Below, piece by piece: positions 28,457-37,600 of a stretch of DNA of 51,710 bases. The notes under the pieces were generated by a model, which worked only from the letters and a program-made list of their open reading frames with translations, made no database searches and was not told the origin of the DNA. Position 1 is the stretch's first letter, and each line of letters opens with the position of its first letter. The position numbers and the translations under genes are program-made. The DNA comes from Bdellovibrionales bacterium (GTDB taxonomy: Bacteria > Bdellovibrionota > Bdellovibrionia > Bdellovibrionales > JAGQZY01), in contig JANPLN010000044.1 in assembly GCA_031426555.1 (NCBI GenBank), forward strand, positions 1-51,710, written 5' to 3'.

Positions 28457-30208
28457 TTACAGTTCTTTATAATAAATCGAATTTGCCGAGAAGATTTTCT
28501 CAACTGCGTTCAGCAGTGGCAGCGAGGGGTCTTTTGCAACTTCAAAGCCGTCTTGGACTTGGCAGTCATCATCTGGAGTTTCTTTCTTTTCGTAAAAGTA
28601 GCGATAAACATTCCTCGAGACGCAAGCGGCCACATCTGGGGAATCTGCCAGTTGCGTGACAAGATCGTAGGCATCGGCCACAGAAATAGTTCCTCCGTCA
28701 GGCATTGGCACTTGTGTGCTGGTGTGTACCGGCAAGCTTTGGACATAGGCTCCGTTGCGATCGTACATCATCTCTTGTGAGCGCAAACGTCCCAAAGAAT
28801 CAAAGTTTTCAAAGGCAAATCCCACTGGGTTGATCGTAGAGTGGCAGCGCATGCACACAGGGCTTTCGGTTTGAAAAGTAACAGCCGCGCGGTTGGTGAC
28901 GGTGAGGAGTTCTGCATCCGTCAGAACATTCGCATCACGATCGCCAACGATATCCACATTGGGAGAGGGGATGTCGTTACATAAGACTCGTTTTTGAAAA
29001 GCCACGCCTCGTAAAATAATATTTGAGCGAGGTGTGTACCACGTCAAAAATGGTGCACGCATCAGAAGTCCTTGGCGCCGTTGCGAAATATCCACCGGAA
29101 TTCCACCGGCTGCCGGGGTATGCCCGTAGATCGTTGCCAGCCCTGAGTGTGAGGCAAACGAGAGTTTGGAGGTCATTAAATCCTTCAAACTTCCCGACGT
29201 TTTATAAACCATATGATCGATATACGTTTGAACTTCGGTTTGAATGGCAGCGGACAATCCCGTCACAGAAACGCCTGTAGTTAAACTTGCGGGAAGACCA
29301 GCCACATCTTGAACTTTGTCAGTGAGCGACCATCTTTTGATGGCGTCAGCAACTTTTATCTTTCCACGCTTCGTTTGCAAAAGTCTTTGTACCTGAGTTT
29401 GCAAGCCCACCGGTGTGAGGATACTTCCATCCTGCGCGGCAGTTGTTAAAGCGGCGTCGGGTGCCGTGTCGGTGATAAGATAGGCGAGTCGCGCCGAGAC
29501 TTCGTAAGGGGTCAGTGTGAGGCGCGTTCCCGAAGCTGTAGCGCTGCCCAATTCCAACAGCCATAAAAATGCGGGCGAGGTGAGGTGATAAGTCAGCACA
29601 GCCTTGAGGTTGTCTTTGTAAACTCCGGGAGTGGCCATGATTTTTTTAACGAATTCAACTTCGTCTTCGATGGCGTTCACACCAACAGGTTCGGCAATCA
29701 CATTTAAGGGGCGACGTAAAAGTTTGCGGGCAAAGCCGTTGATGTAGGTGTCGATGCAGGTACTCGCCGGTGTGGCTGTATTGGCACAAGCTCCAAAAAC
29801 CGTTTGCGTGCGCGTCGTATTGGCGATCACATAATTGGCAAGAGCCACGGCCACATCGTAGTAGGCAATGGCTTGCGACGACGAAATCGTTGAAAGACGA
29901 TCATTGGTGTCATCGTTGTATGTGTCGTCGGCCACGGTGCTCAACTCAGAGGTCGATGCCGACAGGGCACCAGTTCCAAACAGGTCCTCGATGGTATTCA
30001 AATACTGCGTTTTGGATAAAATGTAGTTTTTTGTTTTCGAAGCAAGATTTCTATCGGTGCACTTAAAGGCAGCTTGTTGGGAGGCGGAGGTGCTTTGTGA
30101 TAGTTCGCTATGCATCGGAGCTGAACAATTGTTGAAAAACGCAAAAGTAAAAATACTCAGCGCTAAAAAGCGAACGACTTTTATATATTTTTTAAAACAA
30201 GCATACAC
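28457..30208 (-). CDS. DUF1587/1595/1592/1588 (PSD/PSCyt) domain lipoprotein
   Basis: LSKTQYLNTIEDL, LTPYEVSARLAY, RQGLL, CMRCH..INPVGFAFENFD; leader FFNNCS. Confidence 0.82.
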   Translation of the reverse strand: MYACFKKYIKVVRFLALSIFTFAFFNNCSAPMHSELSQSTSASQQAAFKCTDRNLASKTKNYILSKTQYLNTIEDLFGTGALSASTSELSTVADDTYNDDTNDRLSTISSSQAIAYYDVAVALANYVIANTTRTQTVFGACANTATPASTCIDTYINGFARKLLRRPLNVIAEPVGVNAIEDEVEFVKKIMATPGVYKDNLKAVLTYHLTSPAFLWLLELGSATASGTRLTLTPYEVSARLAYLITDTAPDAALTTAAQDGSILTPVGLQTQVQRLLQTKRGKIKVADAIKRWSLTDKVQDVAGLPASLTTGVSVTGLSAAIQTEVQTYIDHMVYKTSGSLKDLMTSKLSFASHSGLATIYGHTPAAGGIPVDISQRRQGLLMRAPFLTWYTPRSNIILRGVAFQKRVLCNDIPSPNVDIVGDRDANVLTDAELLTVTNRAAVTFQTESPVCMRCHSTINPVGFAFENFDSLGRLRSQEMMYDRNGAYVQSLPVHTSTQVPMPDGGTISVADAYDLVTQLADSPDVAACVSRNVYRYFYEKKETPDDDCQVQDGFEVAKDPSLPLLNAVEKIFSANSIYYKEL

Positions 30209-30245
30209 AAAGCCCCCTAGGTCACTCTTCTAGAATACAAGGGGT

Positions 30246-30273
30246 TTATCGATATCGACACAAAATTACTTGA
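30246..30273 (-). promoter_or_regulatory. sigma28-like promoter for DUF1592 gene
   Basis: Minus strand TCAA-N16-ATCGATAA. Confidence 0.4.
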
Positions 30274-30397
30274 GTTGTTTCATTAAAGTATAGAGGAGGA
30301 ATCCACATTTTTACGATGAAAATGTTTTGTCGAACTCCTAGGGACGGATCTCAATATGAAACAGTGAGAGGCGTTTCACATTGAGAATCACGGCAAC

Positions 30398-31363
30398 TTA
30401 CATACCTAACACATAGGCAAATATTAGCGGAGCCACGATGGTGGCGTCGGATTCAATCATAAATTTTGGCGTGTTCACATCCAGTTTTCCCCAGGAAATT
30501 TTCTCCGTAGGCTCGGCGCCGGAGTATGATCCGTAACTGGTTGTTGAGTCGGAGATCTGACAAAAATAATTCCACTTTGGAACATCTTTTTCGAGGTCCT
30601 GCTCCACCATGGGAACCACGCAGATTGGAAAGTCACCGGCAATTCCGCCACCGATTTGGAAAAAGCCAATGCCATTTTTTCCAGAATTTTCGATGTACCA
30701 CTGAGACAGGCTGATCATATACTCGATGCCTGATTTCATAGCCGAAGTTTTCACTTTTCCTTCGATACAACGCCCGGCAAAAATATTCCCCAGAGTAGAG
30801 TCTTCCCAACCCGGAACCACCATTGGAAGATTTTTTTCGGCCGCCGCCATCAACCACGAATTTTTTGGGTCAATCTGATAATATTGTTTAAGATCGCCAT
30901 TGAGTAAAATTTTGTAAAAGTACTCGTGAGGAAGATAGCTTTTTCCTTGGGCGGTGGCGTCTTCCCAAAGTTTGATAATGCTTTTTTCGATGCGGCGAAT
31001 GGCTTCTTCCTCTGGGATGCAGGTGTCGGTCACGCGGTTCATATGCTTATCAAGGAGTTTATTGTCGTCTTCCTCCGTGCAGTAGCGCCAGTTTGGAATT
31101 CGTGCGTAGTGTTCGTGGGCGACAAGATTAAATACATCTTCTTCGAGGTTAGCTCCGGTGCAGCTGATGGCGTGGATTTTTCCCTGGCGAATCATTTCGG
31201 CAAGAATTTTACCCATCTCAGCCGTACTCATGGCACCAGCCAAAGTGACCATCATTTTATTGCCACTTTCGATATGTTTTTTGTAGGCGCGAGCGGCATC
31301 CTTGAGAGAAGCCGCATTGAAATGTAGGTAGTACTTTTCGATAAATTCTGTGATTGCTGACAT
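30398..31363 (-). CDS. Deoxyhypusine synthase-like protein (probable homospermidine synthase)
   Basis: CTGANLEED, IGGGIAGDF, YSGAEPTEKISWGK, ESDATIVAPL. Confidence 0.88.
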   Translation of the reverse strand: MSAITEFIEKYYLHFNAASLKDAARAYKKHIESGNKMMVTLAGAMSTAEMGKILAEMIRQGKIHAISCTGANLEEDVFNLVAHEHYARIPNWRYCTEEDDNKLLDKHMNRVTDTCIPEEEAIRRIEKSIIKLWEDATAQGKSYLPHEYFYKILLNGDLKQYYQIDPKNSWLMAAAEKNLPMVVPGWEDSTLGNIFAGRCIEGKVKTSAMKSGIEYMISLSQWYIENSGKNGIGFFQIGGGIAGDFPICVVPMVEQDLEKDVPKWNYFCQISDSTTSYGSYSGAEPTEKISWGKLDVNTPKFMIESDATIVAPLIFAYVLGM

Positions 31364-31400
31364 GAAAACCTCTTGTCTGTGAAAAAAACCAGAGACTTTC

Positions 31401-32309
31401 TTACCTCAGAAGTTTCAGCTCTTCAAGAATCACTCCATCTTTAATTCCAACCCCTGGAATCCGCAAATCCTTACAGAAGGCCGTCTGCAAAAAATAGATG
31501 CAGAGCACGATGGCCGGCATGATCACGTCTGCTTGATCTGCCTTGAGATCAAACATTTTCATACGTTTTCCCAACGAAAATGGCGTCAAAACATCGTACA
31601 TATTGATCAATTCCTGCAGCTGCACTTTTTTATCGTCCTCGGTGTCGGCAATTAGGCAATTGACCTTTCCCATGCGCTCGATGTTTCCGCCAACGCCGAC
31701 GCAGAATTGAAAGTTCAGTTTGAAGTCGCGAATATAGCTCAAAGCGTCTTTGAGAAGGGGCTCAAGGCTTTTTATGGGATCAAAAAACGCCTCGGGGTTG
31801 TTTTTAAGGGCGCTGAGCAGTCGAACGGTTCCCAAAGGAAAGCTTTTTCCGCGCAAAACTTCGCCCTTTTGCACGGCGACCAATTCAACACTGCCTCCGC
31901 CGATGTCGATCAGCAGGGCATTGTCTTTTTTTAAATCCATTTCGTGACGAATGGCTTTAAAGACCAATTCGGACTCGCGATCACCGCTGATGACATCAAG
32001 TTGGATTCCCGACTCTTCAAAGATTTTTTTAAGCGCCTCTTTTTGGTTTTTGGCGTCGCGCATGGCGCTGGTTGCGATGGCCTTCACGCTGTCGCATTTG
32101 TGCTCGTCCGCAATCTTTTTAAAACGTTTAAAGGCGAGCGCCGTTTCGTTGAGCAGTGCGGGCGAAATTTTACCTTCCGAAAAAACATCAGCCCCTAAAC
32201 GAATGGGCTCCCGGTGTTTATACAGAACTTCGAACCCATCGCCCTTGTCTTTGGCAATGGCTAAACGGATGGCGTTGGATCCAGTATCGATCACAGCAAC
32301 TTTTGGCAT
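31401..32309 (-). CDS. ppx: Exopolyphosphatase Ppx/GppA family, short form
   Basis: IDTGSNAIRL, ATSAMRDA, DIGGGSVE, GIKDG. Confidence 0.9.
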   Translation of the reverse strand: MPKVAVIDTGSNAIRLAIAKDKGDGFEVLYKHREPIRLGADVFSEGKISPALLNETALAFKRFKKIADEHKCDSVKAIATSAMRDAKNQKEALKKIFEESGIQLDVISGDRESELVFKAIRHEMDLKKDNALLIDIGGGSVELVAVQKGEVLRGKSFPLGTVRLLSALKNNPEAFFDPIKSLEPLLKDALSYIRDFKLNFQFCVGVGGNIERMGKVNCLIADTEDDKKVQLQELINMYDVLTPFSLGKRMKMFDLKADQADVIMPAIVLCIYFLQTAFCKDLRIPGVGIKDGVILEELKLLR

Positions 32310-32419
32310 TCACTATTATAGAGATGAAAGTGTCGCAGGATCCAGACGCGCGCCGTTATGTTTCTGCAGGTTGGAATCCTCATATTGTACACCTTTTTTA
32401 GATGCACTATTGTGTCGAC

Positions 32420-33982
32420 ATGCGTGGGGCTTTAAGTTTTGTGGTACTACTTCACAGTCTATTTGCTGGAGCTTCGGAACAACAATGGCCCGAAGAGGCG
32501 CAAAAGTTTTTGTCCGCTATACCCGGCAAACAAATAACTCTTGAGTTTGTCGTGGTGAAAGCTCTGTCTTCGGCGGATAGCTTTCAAGTGCCTGGTTACG
32601 AAGCTCTCAAGGCCGAATCTCTCTATTATCAAACCACAGCCTATGAAGATTTTCGATTGAAGGCCGGTTACAATTATTACGACAATCAAAACGAGCCACT
32701 TTTGCCTCAGTTTCAACCAAACTCCACTGTGGGCTGGGAGACGAGCGTGGGGCTGGAGAAAAACTTTTCCACAGGAACAGCCATCAGCCTCGATGGTGTC
32801 TATTCGCCCAAAAAAGTAGGCTTTTTAACCGGTACAGGTTTCGATGCCTACGAAACCCGCGCCACTTTAGGTTTGCAACAAGATTTACTGGCAAACTTTT
32901 TTGGCTCAAGTTACCGCAAGAGCCGCCGCTCTGCGGATCAGGCAAGGCTATCGATGCTTGCGGGAATTCAAGCACAACTCGAAACTTCGACTTTTGATCT
33001 CATCGGCCTGTATTACCAAGCCTGGCTTAAAAAAGAAGTTTCGCTCAACTGGCTGGAGGCAAAAAAACGCAAAGAGAAGCTGGTTAAAATCATGCAATCA
33101 CAATCAAAGCGTGGCTACATTGAGGTTGCCGATGTGTTGCAGGTGGAAGGTGCGGCCCTGCAGACGGAGTTGCAATATCTCAGCACCCAAAGAGAATTAC
33201 AGAATATTTGGGAGCAACTGGTTTTAAATTTAAAGCTTCCGCGAACATTTTTGCAAGTTCCCGCCGAAGATATACCGCTTGTTTTGGACGCACCAGAAAC
33301 GAAGTCCTTAGAACTTTGCGAGAGGATCCAGTTTCAGGATTTGGAAAAGAACTCCTCGCGTTTGCAAGAGACCGAGCATCAGGTGCAGTCGGCACGGGAA
33401 AAATTTGCGGCGCAAAAAGAAAGAATGCTTCCCGAGTTAAAGCTCAAGGCCTCGTACTCCGCTAACAGCATCGAGGCCGACGATTTTAGCACGGGGAGTG
33501 GATATCAAGCGCAAAGCCATAAAACGTTTCGCGAAGTGGGCGACCTCGAAAATCCAGCATGGTCGGCGGGCCTTCAGCTTGTTGTTCCTTTGCAAAACCG
33601 AGCGCTCAAGGCACAATACCTCATGGCCGTGGCAGAGTTTGAACAGGCCAAGTTAAAAAAGTCGATCCTGCTAGCAGATCTCGAGAATCAATGGACGCAG
33701 TCCTGTGCCCAATTTAAAATAAAATTGAACGAGAGAGATCGATATAAACAAATCAATGGTAAAAATAAACAGCGTGTTCAGCTCGACAATCGTCGTTTCG
33801 AGGTGGGGCGTATAAAAGCCTTCCAGTGGGTGCAGACCGAGGACGATGAGGCGCAAACTTTAATACAATACAAACAATCTGAGGTTGAAGCTCGTCGGTT
33901 GGCTTGGGATATCCAAAGACAGTCGGGGCATATGGCAGAGCTGGTTCGAGAGCATTTACCAAAAGTGAGTTTGAATGAATAA
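32420..33982 (+). CDS. TolC-family outer-membrane efflux protein
   Basis: Signal peptide, alternating helical and beta segments (WSAGLQLVVPLQNR, RFEVGR); overlaps RND start. Confidence 0.75.
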   Translation: MRGALSFVVLLHSLFAGASEQQWPEEAQKFLSAIPGKQITLEFVVVKALSSADSFQVPGYEALKAESLYYQTTAYEDFRLKAGYNYYDNQNEPLLPQFQPNSTVGWETSVGLEKNFSTGTAISLDGVYSPKKVGFLTGTGFDAYETRATLGLQQDLLANFFGSSYRKSRRSADQARLSMLAGIQAQLETSTFDLIGLYYQAWLKKEVSLNWLEAKKRKEKLVKIMQSQSKRGYIEVADVLQVEGAALQTELQYLSTQRELQNIWEQLVLNLKLPRTFLQVPAEDIPLVLDAPETKSLELCERIQFQDLEKNSSRLQETEHQVQSAREKFAAQKERMLPELKLKASYSANSIEADDFSTGSGYQAQSHKTFREVGDLENPAWSAGLQLVVPLQNRALKAQYLMAVAEFEQAKLKKSILLADLENQWTQSCAQFKIKLNERDRYKQINGKNKQRVQLDNRRFEVGRIKAFQWVQTEDDEAQTLIQYKQSEVEARRLAWDIQRQSGHMAELVREHLPKVSLNE

Positions 33983-36900
33983 GCTGATCGCCTATTTTGC
34001 AAAACAAAAAGTATTTCCGGAACTTTTCACAATTCTTATTTTAGTCGGTGGGTTATTAACGGTTTTTAACATTCGGCGAGAGTCGTTTCCCAATGTCAAT
34101 TTTGATATTATTGTTATATCAACTTTGTACCCTGGTGCCTCTCCCAACGAGGTGGAAAAGCTGATCAATTCTCCTCTCGAGGAGAGCTTGCAGGAAATCA
34201 AAGGCATAAAAAAAATGTTCTCTGTGGCCATCGAAAGCCGCGGCGAAATTATCATTCAATTGGATCCCGACCAAACCAACTCCGATGAAGCCAAGGAAGA
34301 CATCCAGCAGGTGATCGATCGATTTGCTGAGCTACCTGAAGATGCCGAAGATCCAGTGGCGATTGTGCTGGAGTCCAAAATCACACCCGTCATTGAAGTG
34401 ACGTTGAGCTCAGACAAAGAAGACGTTGCACTAAAAAAATTAGCAAAAAGTGTTGAATTGCAGATTGAAAAAATCGGTCCGGTGGCGCAGGTCGACGTGT
34501 TGGGTGATAAAAAATACGAATATCGCATTGAAGTGGATTTGCAAAAGCTCAGACAATTTGATGTTTCCCTTTCTGAAATCTTAATTGCTCTCAAAGACCG
34601 CAATGTCACCATTCCCGGCGGTGATTATTCCATCTCGGAGTCTGGGTTGCAAAAGGAAGTGGTAGTTCGCACAACCGGAGAGTTTCAGAATATAGAAGAT
34701 ATAAAAAACTGTGTTTTGCGAAGCAATGAGCTGGGTCGCATGGTGCAGTTAAAGGATTTAGCAAAGGTGACCTTTCGTTTAGCGGACCCCACATTGATTT
34801 ACCGAGCCGACGGAATGGATGCTCTTCGGCTGGTCGTGAAGAAAAAGGAAAAAGGCGACGCCATCACCCTGGTTGATGAGCTCAAAGTTCTGATCACAGA
34901 TCTCGAAAAGCAAGAGCGCTTTAAGGATGTCAAATTTGGCTATTTGAATGACACCTCTTTTTACATTCGAAACCGTTTGAACATATTGGCGGGCAATTTA
35001 TTGATGGGCTTGGGTCTTGTGCTTTTAGTGCTGTCTCTATTTTTGCCGTTCCGTATTGCGATAATGGTCAGCATGGGAATTCCCGTCTCGTTTTTAGGGA
35101 CGATGTGGGTATTTGGCATTTATGATTACAGTCTTAATTTATTATCGGTTCTAGGATTGATTATTGTGGTCGGAATGTTAGTGGACGATGCTGTCGTCAT
35201 TACTGAAAATTCGGTGCGCTTGATGGAAGAAGGAAAAAGTCCCGAAGAGGCTGCGATTCTTGGAACTCAACAAATGTGGAAGCCCGTATTCGCATCTGTG
35301 TTAACTACTGTGCTGGCGTTTTATCCAATGATGACCATGAGTGGTATATTCGGAAAGTTTGTAAAGTTTATTCCTTTTGCTGTTATTGTAGCTCTCTTGA
35401 TCAGTTTGCTCGAAGCTTACTTTGTCCTGCCTTCGCACTTTGCCCGCTATGCCAAACCCTATGATCCCGACAAGATGCCCGCTATTAAAAAGTACATCGA
35501 ACGAAAGTGGTCCGCGTTTGTGAATTCCTACGCCCGATTGCTTGAAAAAGTTGTTTCGCCACGAGGGCGTTACGTAACGCTGACTAGCTTTTTTATCTTA
35601 CTTATTCTTTCTGGAGTCATTGCGGCGAAGTCGCTTAAATTTATTCTGTTTCCGCCAGACGGCATCGAAGTGTTTATGATCAAGGGCGAAGCCCCGAAGG
35701 GATCGAGCCTCGAACAAACCAAAAAATTGCTATTCCCCGTGGAAGACCTTGTAAAACAATTGCCGAAAGATGAGTTGTTAAATTATGTGATGACAGTGGG
35801 CGAGCATCGTAGCCGCGACGACGGTGCCGATACCAAACGCGGAACACAGTATGGCCAGCTGATAGTGTTTTTAACTCCAGAAAATCAAAGAAATCGCTTC
35901 GCAAATACAATTATCGACGATCTCAAACAAAAAAGTGAGTCGTTGCAAAACGCAAATATGAAAATCACCTTTGACCGCGTGATTCCGGGTCCGCCGGTTG
36001 GTAAACCCATCAGTATCGGTGTCCGCGGTGAGGACATCGACGAAATTCAAGCAGCTCTCAAAGACGTTTCTAAGGTCGTCGCGGAATTTCCTGGTGTGAA
36101 AGATCTCACCACTAATTTGGCCTTTGGCAAAAACGAAAAGCTTTTGGTGGTGAATGATCGCGAGGCCTCCCTGGCGGGGCTGTCTGCCAACACCATTGGC
36201 ACCTCAGTGCGTGCGGCCTTTGAGGGCATCGTTCCGACCACCATGCGAAAGCTGGACGAAGAGATCGATCTGCGCGTGGTTCTCAGTGAAAAGCAACGGG
36301 GAGAGAATGCCCTGCAGAGTTTAGAAATTATGAATCTTCAAGGTGTTTTGATTCCAGTAAAGCAAGTTGTTAAAATTCAAGACACGGTCGGGCTGGAGTC
36401 CATTTTCCACGAGGCGGGGCAACGGCAGTTCACGATCCTTGGAGACGTGGACACAAAAGTGTCAACGGCCCAAGAAATTGCAAACAAAACCAAAAAATGG
36501 CTCGAGGAAAATAAAAGCAAATTCCCAAATCTCACATTTCATTTTGGCGGCGAGAATGAAGACACCGACGAAAGCTTGGCTTCGCTCAAAAAAACCTTCT
36601 TGCTCGCGCTCCTGCTGATTTATTTTCTTCTGATACTCACCTTCGGAAATCTATACCAACCGTTTTTAATCATTCTCGCCATTCCCTTGGGAGTGATCGC
36701 GATTATTTGGACACTGGTTTTGCACGGAAAACCCCTCAGCTTTATGGCCACGCTGGGCGTGGTTGCGCTAGCTGGGGTGATCGTGAATAACGCCATCGTG
36801 TTTATTGATTTTATCAACGATGGACAAACTCGCGGAGAGAACCTGCAAAAGGCCATCGTCAACGCCGGAAGAATGCGCCTCAGAGCCGTGTTCCTCACCA

Positions 36901-37103
36901 CAGTCACAACAGTGTTAGGCCTGTTGCCAACAGCCTACGGCATCGGCGGCCTAGATAAGTTCGTCGTCCCCATCGCACTGTCACTCGGTTGGGGCTTATT
37001 CATCGGCTCAGTCATGACAATGATCTACATTCCGGCATTCGTGGTCGTCGCCGAAGACATCCGCACAAAAATCTACCGCCTGCTTGGTAAAACGCCTACC
37101 TAA
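33975..37103 (+). CDS. RND efflux permease (AcrB/CzcA family)
   Basis: RESFPNV, YPGASPNEVE, GMLVDDAVVITEN, GVIVNNAIV, RLRAVFLTT; 1042 aa. Confidence 0.95.
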   Translation: MNKLIAYFAKQKVFPELFTILILVGGLLTVFNIRRESFPNVNFDIIVISTLYPGASPNEVEKLINSPLEESLQEIKGIKKMFSVAIESRGEIIIQLDPDQTNSDEAKEDIQQVIDRFAELPEDAEDPVAIVLESKITPVIEVTLSSDKEDVALKKLAKSVELQIEKIGPVAQVDVLGDKKYEYRIEVDLQKLRQFDVSLSEILIALKDRNVTIPGGDYSISESGLQKEVVVRTTGEFQNIEDIKNCVLRSNELGRMVQLKDLAKVTFRLADPTLIYRADGMDALRLVVKKKEKGDAITLVDELKVLITDLEKQERFKDVKFGYLNDTSFYIRNRLNILAGNLLMGLGLVLLVLSLFLPFRIAIMVSMGIPVSFLGTMWVFGIYDYSLNLLSVLGLIIVVGMLVDDAVVITENSVRLMEEGKSPEEAAILGTQQMWKPVFASVLTTVLAFYPMMTMSGIFGKFVKFIPFAVIVALLISLLEAYFVLPSHFARYAKPYDPDKMPAIKKYIERKWSAFVNSYARLLEKVVSPRGRYVTLTSFFILLILSGVIAAKSLKFILFPPDGIEVFMIKGEAPKGSSLEQTKKLLFPVEDLVKQLPKDELLNYVMTVGEHRSRDDGADTKRGTQYGQLIVFLTPENQRNRFANTIIDDLKQKSESLQNANMKITFDRVIPGPPVGKPISIGVRGEDIDEIQAALKDVSKVVAEFPGVKDLTTNLAFGKNEKLLVVNDREASLAGLSANTIGTSVRAAFEGIVPTTMRKLDEEIDLRVVLSEKQRGENALQSLEIMNLQGVLIPVKQVVKIQDTVGLESIFHEAGQRQFTILGDVDTKVSTAQEIANKTKKWLEENKSKFPNLTFHFGGENEDTDESLASLKKTFLLALLLIYFLLILTFGNLYQPFLIILAIPLGVIAIIWTLVLHGKPLSFMATLGVVALAGVIVNNAIVFIDFINDGQTRGENLQKAIVNAGRMRLRAVFLTTVTTVLGLLPTAYGIGGLDKFVVPIALSLGWGLFIGSVMTMIYIPAFVVVAEDIRTKIYRLLGKTPT

Positions 37104-37118
37104 AAAGACTCCTCGGCA

Positions 37119-37272
37119 GTTTTAATTCAAAGTTTGTTTCCTAAATTTTCAGGGGGCTTCTTTTTAAGACGCGTCCATCCATGGACTCGCTCGCAGCTCG
37201 AAACGTCGTGTTTGCGAGAGGTCTTAAAAAGAAGCCCCCTGAAAATTTAGGAAAAAAACTTTGAATTAAAAC
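37119..37272. repeat. Long hairpin element copy 1 (52-bp arms, 50-bp core)
   Basis: 37119-37170 pairs with 37221-37272 with 1 mismatch. Confidence 0.92.
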
Positions 37273-37423
37273 ACGGTAAGAACTTTTTAAATACGCGTGT
37301 GGGCGTAGAGGAAGCACTGGACGCTTTAAATTCTAAACGCATGCATGCGCATTTATGCAATGAGTTTCAAAATGTGTTTCTGTGCCTTGTTCAAACGCGG
37401 AACTAAAAATACTTCTTGGCAGT

Positions 37424-37577
37424 TTTAATTCATAAAATAAATTTCTCAAATTTGCAGAGAGCTTCTTTTTAGGACCTCTCGCAAACACGACGTTTCGAGC
37501 TGCGAGCGAGTCCAGGGATGGACGCGTCCTAAAAAGAAGCCCTCTGCAAATTTGAGAAATTTCTTTTATGAATTAAA
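37424..37577. repeat. Long hairpin element copy 2 (52-bp arms, core inverted relative to copy 1)
   Basis: 37424-37475 pairs with 37526-37577 with 2 mismatches; core 37476-37525 is the reverse complement of 37171-37220 (1 mismatch). Confidence 0.92.
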
Positions 37578-37600
37578 TGTAAATCTGCAGAGAAGTTTTT

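Noticed and set aside
31951..32544. 197-aa plus-strand ORF
   Set aside because: Antisense to ppx and overlaps the TolC start; no motifs
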